From assembly GCA_963665095.1 (NCBI GenBank), contig OY762069.1:1088001-1152000 (forward strand): a stretch of 64,000 nucleotides of DNA, written 5' to 3'. The notes under the pieces were generated by a model. The model did not search any database. It saw only the letters and a program-made list of their open reading frames with translations, and had not been told where the DNA came from. Position numbers and translations under genes: made by a program. Shown in pieces: positions 9,677 through 19,268 of the stretch. This DNA comes from an uncultured Desulfobacter sp. (GTDB taxonomy: Bacteria; Desulfobacterota; Desulfobacteria; Desulfobacterales; Desulfobacteraceae). The first letter of the stretch is position 1. Each line of letters starts with the position of its first letter.

Positions 9677-10957
9677 GTGAGCGAAAATTATGCCCCCATG
9701 TGGGAAAGTTTAGGAATGGACCTTGGGGCGCATGACGCCCTGTTGAGCGTTTTGGGACAAGGTTATCAGGACATTTATCTGTCACAGAAGAATCGTCCAG
9801 AGGGTATGGGGTATTTTGATTTTGTCATGAGCGAGGTGCATGGTCTGCGCATTAAAGAACTTTTAGATGAAAAAAAGGAAAACCGTAAAATCGTTGGCTC
9901 CTATTGTGTGTTTGTTCCTGAAGAGCTTGTCCTGGCCAGCGGTGCGACTCTGGTTGGACTATGCTCCGGAGCGGACTTTGCCGTTGAAGAAGTGGAAAAA
10001 TTTCTGCCGCGAAACACCTGTTCATTAATTAAATCATCCTTTGGTTTTAAACTTGGAAAAGTCTGTCCATACCTTGAAAGTGCGGATATGATTGTAGGTG
10101 AAAACACCTGTGACGGAAAGAAAAAAGCCTATGAAACTATGGACACCATGGTGGATAACCTCTATGTCATGGATCTTCCCCAGGTAAAATCCGAACAGGG
10201 GCGGCAACTGCTCAAGGCAGAATATGAGCGGTTCAAAACAGCTGTGGAAGCACTGACCGGCAATAAAATCACTGTACCAGCGCTTAAAGAGGGAATTGCC
10301 GTGGTCAATGCCAAGAGGGCTGCCCTTCATCGGCTCGCGACACTGAGAAAGGCGGATCCGTCCCCCATCTCTGGCTTAGACGCGCTTCTTGCCAACCAGG
10401 TATTCTTTTATGACAATCCTGCCAGATTTACGGCGTCTGTTAATAAAATATGTGATGAACTTGAGGTACGCATCAAGGAAAATCAGGGCGTTGCCGCCGC
10501 AAAAACACCCAGAGTTCTTATTTCCGGCTGCCCCATGGCCGTTCCTAACTGGAAACTGCCTTTTATTGTCGAGACATCCGGTGCCGTGATTGTGGGTGAG
10601 GAGTCCTGTGTGGGCGAACGTGGCACCAGGCATCTGGTAGACGACTCAGGACAAACCATTGAAGCTATGATAGACGCTATTACTGATCGATATTTCAAAG
10701 TGGACTGCGCTATTTTCACACCGAATCCGGACCGGTGCGCCCACATTGTTGAAATGGTAAAAGCCTACAAAGCGGACGGTGTCATTCATTATGGTTTACA
10801 GTTTTGCCAGCCCTATATTATGGAATCCATGCCTGTGGAAAAGCAACTTGAAAAATTAGGTATTCCCTGTTTGAGGATTGAAACTGATTATGGTATGGAA
10901 GATGCCGGACAGCTTAAAACAAGAGTTGACGCATTTGTGGAACAAATTAGCGATTAG
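9677..10957 (+). CDS. Double-cubane cluster protein (DCCP)-like reductase, 2-hydroxyacyl-CoA dehydratase superfamily
   Basis: HDALL...QKNRPEGMGYFDFVMSEVHGLRIKEL, YCVFVP, GLCSG, RNTC, ENTCDGKKK, EESCVGER, DCAIFTPN, QFCQPY, ETDY, GQLKTRVDAF. Confidence 0.85.
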   Translation: MSENYAPMWESLGMDLGAHDALLSVLGQGYQDIYLSQKNRPEGMGYFDFVMSEVHGLRIKELLDEKKENRKIVGSYCVFVPEELVLASGATLVGLCSGADFAVEEVEKFLPRNTCSLIKSSFGFKLGKVCPYLESADMIVGENTCDGKKKAYETMDTMVDNLYVMDLPQVKSEQGRQLLKAEYERFKTAVEALTGNKITVPALKEGIAVVNAKRAALHRLATLRKADPSPISGLDALLANQVFFYDNPARFTASVNKICDELEVRIKENQGVAAAKTPRVLISGCPMAVPNWKLPFIVETSGAVIVGEESCVGERGTRHLVDDSGQTIEAMIDAITDRYFKVDCAIFTPNPDRCAHIVEMVKAYKADGVIHYGLQFCQPYIMESMPVEKQLEKLGIPCLRIETDYGMEDAGQLKTRVDAFVEQISD

Positions 10958-10966
10958 GCGGCATCT

Positions 10967-11719
10967 ATGATTTGTGCAGGTATTGATATTGGATCCAGAT
11001 CTATTGAGCTGGTATTGGTTGAAAATAGAAAGGTAATTGATACCAGACAGACTGATACCGGCTTTGATCCGATTTCCCAGGCAAAAACCATTTTAAAGGA
11101 CGTGGGCTATGATAAAATAATGGCCACGGGATATGGGCGCAACCTTTTTGAGATAGCGTTTGACCATACAGCGACTGTTACTGAAATAAAAGCTCATGCT
11201 GCCGGGGTCAGACTTCAATTCCCAGAGGTTCAGGCCATTCTGGATATTGGTGGCCAGGACAGTAAGGCCATCCGCCTGAATGACAAAGGTCGGGTCACGA
11301 AATTTGAGATGAATGACCGATGCGCTGCCGGGACCGGCAAATTTCTTGAAATCATGGCCCAGAACTTAGGCTTTTCCCTGAAAGAATTTGGACCGGCCGC
11401 AATGGCAGCGGAAAAAGACCTGCAGATTAACAGTATGTGCACTGTGTTTGCAGAATCGGAAGTGACTTCTCTGATTGCCAAGGGCCAGGATCGGCAGGAA
11501 ATTGCCAGAGGACTTCATTTAAGTGTGGTCAAAAGGGCCGTGGGAATGCTCAACCGTGTAGGCGGAGAAGGACCCATTGCCTTTTCAGGCGGGGTGGCTC
11601 AGAATCCGTGCATGGTCCAGATGGTGGCAAATGCTTTGGGCAGGGAGGTGCTGGTCCCTCTCAATCCACAAATGATGGGCGCCTTAGGAGCGGCCATGAT
11701 TATGTCTGAAAATCTGTGA
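10967..11719 (+). CDS. ATP-dependent activase (HgdC/DCCP-R type, ASKHA)
   Basis: GIDIGS, ATGYGR, LDIGGQDSK, MNDRCAAGTG, SMCTVFAESEV, SGGVA. Confidence 0.92.
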   Translation: MICAGIDIGSRSIELVLVENRKVIDTRQTDTGFDPISQAKTILKDVGYDKIMATGYGRNLFEIAFDHTATVTEIKAHAAGVRLQFPEVQAILDIGGQDSKAIRLNDKGRVTKFEMNDRCAAGTGKFLEIMAQNLGFSLKEFGPAAMAAEKDLQINSMCTVFAESEVTSLIAKGQDRQEIARGLHLSVVKRAVGMLNRVGGEGPIAFSGGVAQNPCMVQMVANALGREVLVPLNPQMMGALGAAMIMSENL

Positions 11720-11820
11720 ACCACACATAATTTCCCTTCTATGAAAATAGGGCAAAGTTTAGGCCAGGCATCCAAAAACGTCTAAACTTTGCTCCCACTT
11801 CTCACTGCGTGTAAAAAAAG

Positions 11821-12591
11821 TCAGACTTGGCACCAGGTCCCCACCCGGGTGGAAAAAAACATTGCCTCATCGCAAAAAGAGAAGTAGCCCCAGATAAAGG
11901 GCTGATCCTTGGCATTGAAAAACAGATGCTCCAGTCGAAAGGTGGGAGTGCCTTCCAGGGTTTGAAAACAGGCGGCTTCTTCCTTTCCCATGGCCGCTAC
12001 TTTCAGTTTTAAAAGGCCCTTTTTGATGTTGCCTTTGCTATGTTCAAGTCCGCCTTTGCCGATACAGTCCAGAAAACCGCTGAAAGAGGCAATTGTCAGA
12101 TCCTCTCTTTCAATATGCTGTGTCGCGTCATACCGCAGAAACTGATGATGATAAATCAAAGGGGTTTTGCCCTGGGTCACCATCCGCTGTAGATGGATCA
12201 CCTTGTCCCCCTTACTGATGTGCAACTTTTTAATGACATATTCAGGGGCCGGCATAATCTCAAGATAGAGCAGTTTGACCTTGGCATCATCGGGATCTTT
12301 GAAAATGTCATGGATCTTGGCCAGATCAAAGCTGACCGTATCAAAATTAAAGGGTTTGACAATTGTTCCCTTGCCCTTGGTGGTCTCAACGACACCTTGT
12401 TCCACCAGAATACGGATGGCCCGCCGGATGGTAACGGAAGAGACATCATAGCGCTCTTTGAGCTTTGCCTCAGAGGGCAGCCAGCTCCCGGGTGGATATT
12501 TTCCGTCATCAATCTGGTGCCTTAAAATGTCTACCAGTTGAGAGTAAACCGGTTGATATGCTTTTTTATCAATTTCCCACATAGGCAACAA
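11821..12591 (-). CDS. GntR-family (HutC/UTRA) transcriptional regulator
   Basis: PVYSQL...LPSEAKL..YDVSSVTIRRAI..L...G......GKGT, plus a UTRA-like C-terminus. Confidence 0.9.
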   Translation of the reverse strand: MLPMWEIDKKAYQPVYSQLVDILRHQIDDGKYPPGSWLPSEAKLKERYDVSSVTIRRAIRILVEQGVVETTKGKGTIVKPFNFDTVSFDLAKIHDIFKDPDDAKVKLLYLEIMPAPEYVIKKLHISKGDKVIHLQRMVTQGKTPLIYHHQFLRYDATQHIEREDLTIASFSGFLDCIGKGGLEHSKGNIKKGLLKLKVAAMGKEEAACFQTLEGTPTFRLEHLFFNAKDQPFIWGYFSFCDEAMFFSTRVGTWCQV

Positions 12592-12754
12592 TTTTGGCAG
12601 TTATTTTTCCATTCACATTACTGTTTCAAATTCAAAGAGCCCTTCAAAACGAGCAAACTATAGTCAGGGCCGATGACGAAGTCAATGTTTTATTACCCTT
12701 AAACATCATGCTCAAACCACTTTAAAAAAGTTTCGCGAATACTAAAAAATACAA

Positions 12755-12784
12755 TTGACAATATAAACTTATTATAATAGGTTT
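12755..12784 (+). promoter_or_regulatory. Sigma70-like promoter overlapped by an imperfect 20-bp palindrome
   Basis: TTGACA (12755) - 17 bp - TAGGTT (12778); AAACTTATTATAATAGGTTT (12765-12784) is 18/20 self-complementary. Confidence 0.55.
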
Positions 12785-12895
12785 TCAACTCTGTTTTTGT
12801 TCCCTGATTTGAACAAAAAAACGGTTTGAACTTAAAACCGGCACCAGTATCCGTGCCCCCTGAGCCATCCTGAATTTTTTCTAGGAGTGAATTGA

Positions 12896-13534
12896 ATGCC
12901 GTTGTATGATTTTTTAACCGGCCCTGTGATGTGGGTTACAGTTGCACTTTTTGTTTCAGGCATGGTTTATAAAGCCATTCGCTTAAGACAGCTTGCATCT
13001 TTAGTACGGCCGGCAAATGATTTTTTTAACCCCAATGCCAGCTTTAAAAGGTCCTTTAAGACCTCTCTTCCCGGGCGGTATCCTGTCACCACCATTGTCT
13101 CCATTGTATTTCATCTCATCCTTTTTGTGGTTCCCCTTTTCCTGAAAGGACATAACATCCTTCTGGATGCTTCTCTTGGCATCAGCCTTCCCATGATGCC
13201 GGATCACACCGCAGACAACCTGACCATGATATGCATTTGCTGCTGCCTGTTTTTTCTTTTAAGGCGCCTGCTGGTACGGCGGGTACGGGCTATCTCGTTT
13301 TTCAGCGACTACCTGATCCTTGCCATTGTTATCCTGCCTTTTTTAACTGGATTTATCGCCTATCACCGTCTTCTGCCCTATGATACCGTGTTGAATCTGC
13401 ACATCATCACAGGCCAGCTGATGCTGGTGGCAATGCCCTATACACGACTGGCTCATATGATTGTCTTTTTTATCATGCGGATGCCCCGCCCGACAGCACG
13501 GCTCAAATTGAAAGAAAGCAGAGGGACGGTTTAA
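12896..13534 (+). CDS. TmcC/NarI-like membrane cytochrome b subunit
   Basis: About 5 TM helices; YDFLTGP, VFH, GHN, DY..L, LTG, LH and PYTRLAH pattern of the NarI/TmcC/HmcE family. Confidence 0.8.
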   Translation: MPLYDFLTGPVMWVTVALFVSGMVYKAIRLRQLASLVRPANDFFNPNASFKRSFKTSLPGRYPVTTIVSIVFHLILFVVPLFLKGHNILLDASLGISLPMMPDHTADNLTMICICCCLFFLLRRLLVRRVRAISFFSDYLILAIVILPFLTGFIAYHRLLPYDTVLNLHIITGQLMLVAMPYTRLAHMIVFFIMRMPRPTARLKLKESRGTV

Positions 13535-13536
13535 TT

Positions 13537-14016
13537 ATGTGGTTTATCAACAACAAAATATCCGGGAATATCGCAGCGTATACACCGGAATCGATGACAG
13601 TGCCGAAAACGTCACCGAACCCTTCCGAAATCAAGGAGATGCTTAAACAAAACGCACCGCAGATCAAACTGTTTTTTTCTGCCTGTGCCCACTGTACCTA
13701 TTGTGCAGACACCTGTTTTCTGCAGAAAAACCACGAAGATGATCCAAGCTATATGCCCTCTTTTAAGGTGATTCACTCTGTGGGCAAGCTGTATAAGAAG
13801 AGAGGAAAGGTAACCAGAGAAGAGCTTGAAGAGATCCGGGATATTTTATGGGACAAATGTGCCTTGTGCACCCGGTGCGTGTGCCCGATCCAGCTCAATA
13901 TACCGGGATTGATAGCCCTTGGCAGGAATATCTGCCGGTCCCAGGGCGCAGCGCCAAAATTTGACGGTCCGGTTCCGTCAGTTGCATTGCCTTCCAGGAA
14001 AAGTGAGGTGGCCTGA
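13537..14016 (+). CDS. 4Fe-4S dicluster protein, TmcB/HmcF N-terminal-like, with no CCG domain
   Basis: CAHCTYCADTC and CALCTRCVCP; YMPSFK; only 159 aa. Confidence 0.8.
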   Translation: MWFINNKISGNIAAYTPESMTVPKTSPNPSEIKEMLKQNAPQIKLFFSACAHCTYCADTCFLQKNHEDDPSYMPSFKVIHSVGKLYKKRGKVTREELEEIRDILWDKCALCTRCVCPIQLNIPGLIALGRNICRSQGAAPKFDGPVPSVALPSRKSEVA

Positions 14017-14432
14017 TGGATAAAAAAAGCAAAATTTCTGTTTTCAGACCGGGCTGGTCTATGACAAAGCGCATCATCCTTGCAGGCCTGACCGCAGGAA
14101 TTCTCCTGATCGCCGTTTGCGGTTACGGTAAGGATTTTTTCCCCAATCTTCTGGTGTCTAAAAATTCCAGTCTGCCATCAGCCCATTTCCCCCATGAAGA
14201 GCACATGGGTTTTCTGGATTGTCTGGACTGCCATCATGATTATAAAAACGGCAGCAACGAACTGGATGAAGAGGATCTTTATGAAGGCAATCCGGATATT
14301 CAATGCGGCTCCTGCCATAACGGGAAAAAATCGTTTTCTTTACTTCGTGCTTTTCACCGGCAGTGTATTCAGTGCCATGCAGCTGAAAAGCAGGGTCCTG
14401 TCGTATGTGGCGAATGCCATACCAAATCCTGA
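14016..14432 (+). CDS. Tetraheme cytochrome c3 (acidic, TmcA/type II-like)
   Basis: Signal/TM segment, FPHEEH, four CxxCH motifs (CLDCH, CGSCH, CIQCH, CGECH), acidic ELDEEDLYE stretch. Confidence 0.9.
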   Translation: MDKKSKISVFRPGWSMTKRIILAGLTAGILLIAVCGYGKDFFPNLLVSKNSSLPSAHFPHEEHMGFLDCLDCHHDYKNGSNELDEEDLYEGNPDIQCGSCHNGKKSFSLLRAFHRQCIQCHAAEKQGPVVCGECHTKS

Positions 14433-14492
14433 CACCGCTTTGAGCCGACCCATTAAATAAATACTATCTGTTAAAAGGAAATAGACGTTTCA

Positions 14493-15161
14493 ATGATTAA
14501 AGCAAAACTAAAACCCATTGAAGAGATCCTGGCCCGAATCGCAGGATATAAACGGGTGCTGGTCGTCGGTTGCGGCGGCTGCGTATCCGTGTGTCTGGCA
14601 GGTGGCCAGCAGGAAGTTGAACAGTTGACCAATGCCCTGGATGAACAGTCCAGAAAAGAGTTATTGGGTCATGAAATCAGCGGCTGCACAGTGGAACGTC
14701 AGTGCAATGCCCAGTTTTTAAACGAACTGGATCTCATATATAAGGATTACCACTGTCTGCTTTCCATGGCCTGCGGGGCCGGCAACCAGCTGCTGGCGGA
14801 AAGATACCCTTTTATGCCGGTATTTCCGGCAGTCAACACCATGTTCATCGGCATTGACCGCGGGCCTGGATGGTATGAAGAAAAATGTCGGGCCTGCGGG
14901 TCCTGTGTTTTAGGGTACAGCGGCGGCATCTGCCCTGTGACCCGGTGTGCCAAAGGGCTTTATAACGGGCCCTGCGGCGGCACAGACAACGGCAAATGCG
15001 AAGTGGATAAAAATGTCCCCTGTGCCTGGTATGAGATTTATCACCGCTTAAAACAGCAGGACCGGCTGGCTGATATGCTTGACATCAAGCCCCCGCCACA
15101 ATGGAAGAACACGGTACAACAGACATTGGTTCAGCCCGGATGTGCTGGACCATCTTATTAA
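14493..15161 (+). CDS. metV: Methylene-THF reductase small Fe-S subunit
   Basis: GCGGCVSVCLAGG, VERQC, MACGAG, CRACGSC, GGICPVTRCAKGLYNGPCGG, CEV...CAW. Confidence 0.9.
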   Translation: MIKAKLKPIEEILARIAGYKRVLVVGCGGCVSVCLAGGQQEVEQLTNALDEQSRKELLGHEISGCTVERQCNAQFLNELDLIYKDYHCLLSMACGAGNQLLAERYPFMPVFPAVNTMFIGIDRGPGWYEEKCRACGSCVLGYSGGICPVTRCAKGLYNGPCGGTDNGKCEVDKNVPCAWYEIYHRLKQQDRLADMLDIKPPPQWKNTVQQTLVQPGCAGPSY

Positions 15162-15280
15162 CCCGGCAGTCTGCAGGACAGGGTTTCTTTCAAAAGCCAT
15201 GCGGTTGAATACCATCTTACCCTGAGAACCGAATATACTGTAATGTCCATATTTTTTATTTTGAAAGTTAAAGAAGCATC

Positions 15281-16186
15281 ATGTCTAACACCTTAAAAGA
15301 GAAACTTGACTCCGGCCAGTTTGCAGTTACCGCGGAATTAGGTCCGCCCCAGGGCACGGATGTTGAACATATCAGAGAACGGGCATCCCATCTGAAAGGC
15401 ATTGTGGACGGGGTCAACATCACGGATAATCCGTCGGGTACCGTCAGGATGTCCAGCCTGTCCACCGCATTGATTGCTGCCCAGGAAGGCCTTGAACCCA
15501 TCTGGCAGATGACCTGCCGGGACCGCAACCGCATTGCCATGCAAAGTGAAATTTTGGGTGCCAGTGCCCTTGGCATTAAAAACCTGCTCTGTCTGTCCGG
15601 GGATCACACCACCTCGGGGAACCAGCCGGGTGCCAAAGCGGTTTACGATATTGACTCCATCCAGATGGTGGGTATGGCCGTTCGCATGCGGGATCAGCAC
15701 CTTTTTTTAACCAATGAAAAGCCTTTTACCGGCAATGTGGACCTCTTTGTGGGAGCTGCTGCCAACCCCTTTGCAGAACCTTTGGAGTTCAGGCCCTGGC
15801 GGTTGAAAAAAAAGGTGGATGCTGGAGCAGACTTTATCCAGACCCAGTGCATTTATGATATGGATCTGTTTAAAAAATGGCTGAAACAGGTCCGGGATTT
15901 AGGCGCGGATCAGTCCTGCCATATCCTTGCCGGTATTATCCCCTTAAAATCCTTAGGCATGGCAAAATTTATGGCCGGCAAGGTGGCAGGGGTTGTCATT
16001 CCCGATGCAGTCGTCAAACGAATGGCAGGGGTTCCCAAAAAGGACGGGGCCAAAGAGGGCATTAAAATCTGCTGTGAACAGATCCAGGAGTTAAAGGAGA
16101 TGAAAGGGATTCACGGGCTGCATCTCATGGCCATTGGATGGGAACACCGGGTTGAAGAAATTCTTGTCCAGGCCGGTCTTCGCTGA
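15281..16186 (+). CDS. metF: Methylenetetrahydrofolate reductase
   Basis: VTAELGPPQG, NITDN, QMTCRDRNR, LSGD, KKVDAGADFIQTQ, HLMA. Confidence 0.95.
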   Translation: MSNTLKEKLDSGQFAVTAELGPPQGTDVEHIRERASHLKGIVDGVNITDNPSGTVRMSSLSTALIAAQEGLEPIWQMTCRDRNRIAMQSEILGASALGIKNLLCLSGDHTTSGNQPGAKAVYDIDSIQMVGMAVRMRDQHLFLTNEKPFTGNVDLFVGAAANPFAEPLEFRPWRLKKKVDAGADFIQTQCIYDMDLFKKWLKQVRDLGADQSCHILAGIIPLKSLGMAKFMAGKVAGVVIPDAVVKRMAGVPKKDGAKEGIKICCEQIQELKEMKGIHGLHLMAIGWEHRVEEILVQAGLR

Positions 16187-16206
16187 TAAAACTTAATAAA
16201 GCCTAC

Positions 16207-16250
16207 AAAAAAGCCTTCCGGAGTTAAATATAACTTTGGAAGGCTTTTTT
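16207..16250. terminator. Bidirectional terminator between metF and the MFS gene
   Basis: AAAAAAGCCTTCC...GGAAGGCTTTTTT inverted repeat. Confidence 0.8.
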
Positions 16251-16280
16251 GTATTAACAGTGCTGATATGTCTGTCTGAA

Positions 16281-17444
16281 TCAGGACTGCTGCACCGGTT
16301 CTGGAGACGGTTTGATTCTTAAGACGGCAATAACCACTGCCGTTGCAAGGCCGATGACCAGTCCCGCCATCAGCGGGAACCGGACATCAGGGTTCCCGGA
16401 CATCTTTGCCAGAAACGCCATATAATAAGGAGACGCAAACAGCCCGATATTGGATGTTGCCATGAAAATACCCGTGGCCATGGCTACACCTGCCGGCGAT
16501 ACTTTCATACCCAGTTCCATTATACAAGCAGGAAAAAGGGTAAACAGTCCAATGCCGCACACCCCGATGCCGCAACCCAGCATAACCAGACTGCCGGCAA
16601 AATTTGCAATGCCAAGCCCAAGGCCGATGCCAGCCATTCCAAGCGCAATGGTAAACCGCCCTGCTGTTTTAAAAACTATACCGAAAACAGCACCACCTAC
16701 CATTCCTCCAACTGTAAACATGGCAAGTACGGCACCGGTACTGGCTGCGGTCCCCAGTTTGGCATTAATAATGATGGTGGACATATTTAAAAGAACCGGC
16801 CCGTTTACCATCTGTGCAAAAGCAGATAATATTGCCAGAATAAAAACGATCATGGGCATTTTTGCCTTTTCACCGGATTCTGCAACCGGAGCTTTTTCAG
16901 GTTCCGGCAGAAAGAATATCAAAAAAACCAAAGCGATAATCCCCACAAGATGCGCCAGAAAGGAATACTGCCAGGCAATGGCACACAAAAAAGCGCCCAG
17001 CATCTGCAGAGAGATACCGCCGATATTCGCTGCGACATTGGCAACCCCCATCATATTAGCGCGTTTCTGTCCTTCATAAAATTTCAGCACCAGGGCGTTT
17101 CCCATGGGAAAAAGGATACCGAAACCAACGCCTACGAACATCCTTGTCACAAGAATCATGGTGAAGTTATCCATGAAATAGGGCATGGCCCCCCCGATGG
17201 TGAAAAACAACATACCAATAATAAGAACTGGCCGGTATCCGAATTTTTCAGCAATGGGGCCTACCACAAAGGAACTCGGGATCATGGCCAGAGAGGGCAT
17301 CGTGGAAATCATCATGATCGTGGTAAAAGGGACATCGGGAAACGCCTGGGCAAGGTTCTGAATCGCCGGCGTCATAATGCCCATACCCATCTGAATAAAA
17401 AATATCGATAGTACGGAAATAGTTGCAAAAATATTTAAACCCAT
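16281..17444 (-). CDS. MFS transporter
   Basis: About 12 TM helices; GPIAEKFGYR motif A; TRMFVGVG. Confidence 0.9.
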   Translation of the reverse strand: MGLNIFATISVLSIFFIQMGMGIMTPAIQNLAQAFPDVPFTTIMMISTMPSLAMIPSSFVVGPIAEKFGYRPVLIIGMLFFTIGGAMPYFMDNFTMILVTRMFVGVGFGILFPMGNALVLKFYEGQKRANMMGVANVAANIGGISLQMLGAFLCAIAWQYSFLAHLVGIIALVFLIFFLPEPEKAPVAESGEKAKMPMIVFILAILSAFAQMVNGPVLLNMSTIIINAKLGTAASTGAVLAMFTVGGMVGGAVFGIVFKTAGRFTIALGMAGIGLGLGIANFAGSLVMLGCGIGVCGIGLFTLFPACIMELGMKVSPAGVAMATGIFMATSNIGLFASPYYMAFLAKMSGNPDVRFPLMAGLVIGLATAVVIAVLRIKPSPEPVQQS

Positions 17445-17486
17445 TGTCTCTCTCCTTTTGTGTTACGTGATTTGATTAACAGATAT

Positions 17487-17502
17487 ATTCCTATAGAGGA
17501 CT
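17487..17502. promoter_or_regulatory. Putative operator, copy 1
   Basis: ATTCCTATAGAGGACT, a 14/16 match to the palindrome at 19172, just upstream of the MFS gene. Confidence 0.6.
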
Positions 17503-17621
17503 AACTGTAAGGGTCTTTACCCCGAGGATAGTGGAAAGTCAAGCATATTTACTCAACACGATTAAGATGGCAGGATTTTAAAGCGATTCTGCCATCTACA
17601 ATGAATGGGTTTTAAGATGTT

Positions 17622-19019
17622 TTAGTAGGTTCCGAATTTCCGGGCACTATTAAGAAAGGTATGGATATTTTCCGGATTTGCCTGGTCTATAACGGCACCG
17701 GGGAAAAGAAAAAATCCGCCGCCAGGCGCGCAGGTTTCAATCAGATCTTTACAGTACGATTCCAGCATCTCCTGGCTGCCCTGTTTGAATAAGGAGGCTG
17801 GAACATTCCCGGCAATACAGGCCCAGGGACCGATGAGAGCTTTGGCCACGGCCATGTCAATCTGGCTGAATATCCAAATTGAGCGCCCTTTTGGCAAAGG
17901 ATCAGCCGCGATTATCTCCAGGCGCTTGTCATGGGCGCCTTCCAGAAACAGCATGGGGATACATCCCTGGTCAATCAATCCCTGAAGCGTGGCTCTGAGA
18001 GAGGGCCAGTAAAAAGTTTTAAACTGGTCCCGGGATAAAAAAATATCCGCGCCCTTATGCAGGGGCATATAAATAAAAGGATTCCCTGTTGTCTCAGCCG
18101 CCTGGACACCGATCTGTACCGCCATGGGAACAAGGGACTCCATGGCAGCCAGCACCTTTTCCGGACACCGGTAGAGGTCTTTCATAATTCCCATGGTACA
18201 GCGCATGGTATCCCCTATAAAATCAAACGGGGCAAAAGAGTATCCTTTAAAAATTGAGGGCACACCAAACGTCTCAACAAGCCTGGAAGAGGCTGAGTCG
18301 ACCAACGATGCAGTCTCATGGGCCTTGTCGGCAGCATCTAAAAGGGTATCAATGGCTTTTCTGGCCAGGGTACCCTTTCCAAGAGCGGCAAGGGTCCCTG
18401 TATACCCCACAAGCTCTTTAAAATTAAAAATATTCGGCAGCGTTTTTAACCCTGCAATCTCCGGAAAAATCCGGGGCAGATATTTACGAAGCAAAAACCC
18501 CTCCGGCTGCCAGATCAGCTCATCATATTCATCCTGCCTCATGTATTCATCTTCTATATACTGATAGGAGATACTGTCGGGAAGTGCCTGCCCGGACCTG
18601 CGGGAGCCGGGCCAGCGAACAAGTCTCGACCCTAAAATATCCAGCATGGGGCCTGAATACAGCCCCGGCAGTACAAAGTAATCAAGCTCAAACTCCTGGT
18701 GAAGCCGGGTGGTGGCAACAAGCACCTTGTCAGGATCATAAAATGCATCCCTGGGCTGAACGCCGCCATAGCCAAGGATATAGCCAATGGTCATCAGATG
18801 CACCGGCACCTGATCCGGCTCTTTCAAGGCCAACACATCAAGGACACGCCCGGCTCTTTTTCTGTATCTGCCAACGACTTTCTGATCAGCGCAATGATCA
18901 ATCAGGCCAAGCCATCGCTTGCTGTAAAAATCAAATCTCTCCTCTCCTGTCATACCCTTCCAGTTGTCAGGAAGAGGATGCGTGCCGGATAAAGATCCAT
19001 TTTTATTTTCATCTCTCAT
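17622..19019 (-). CDS. UroD-fold methyltransferase (O-demethylase MT I-like, long form)
   Basis: EPDQVPV, APFD, MPLHKG, QFKTFYWP, FLEG, CIAGNVP, APGGGF, PEN. Confidence 0.8.
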   Translation of the reverse strand: MRDENKNGSLSGTHPLPDNWKGMTGEERFDFYSKRWLGLIDHCADQKVVGRYRKRAGRVLDVLALKEPDQVPVHLMTIGYILGYGGVQPRDAFYDPDKVLVATTRLHQEFELDYFVLPGLYSGPMLDILGSRLVRWPGSRRSGQALPDSISYQYIEDEYMRQDEYDELIWQPEGFLLRKYLPRIFPEIAGLKTLPNIFNFKELVGYTGTLAALGKGTLARKAIDTLLDAADKAHETASLVDSASSRLVETFGVPSIFKGYSFAPFDFIGDTMRCTMGIMKDLYRCPEKVLAAMESLVPMAVQIGVQAAETTGNPFIYMPLHKGADIFLSRDQFKTFYWPSLRATLQGLIDQGCIPMLFLEGAHDKRLEIIAADPLPKGRSIWIFSQIDMAVAKALIGPWACIAGNVPASLFKQGSQEMLESYCKDLIETCAPGGGFFLFPGAVIDQANPENIHTFLNSARKFGTY

Positions 19020-19171
19020 TGGGGTTGTCCTAGCGGATAAAGAGTCAACTGCTTTTTTGCTACTGGCTTCAGGTACTGGATCAATATCATATTATAAATT
19101 CGGGTCAATATCTTTCAAATAAAAACAAAAAATTTATTGACTTTTGATTCGAAATGGTAATATTTTATTCA

Positions 19172-19187
19172 AGTCCTATATAGGACT
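19172..19187. promoter_or_regulatory. Putative operator, copy 2 (perfect 16-bp palindrome)
   Basis: AGTCCTATATAGGACT in a divergent promoter region, downstream of TTGACT (19137). Confidence 0.65.
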
Positions 19188-19268
19188 ATAATTATTAACC
19201 TGGCTTTAAGGCAGCTGAAAAAACGTCCTTAAAGGAACTTGATTAGTATAACAACTAAAGAGGTGGTC

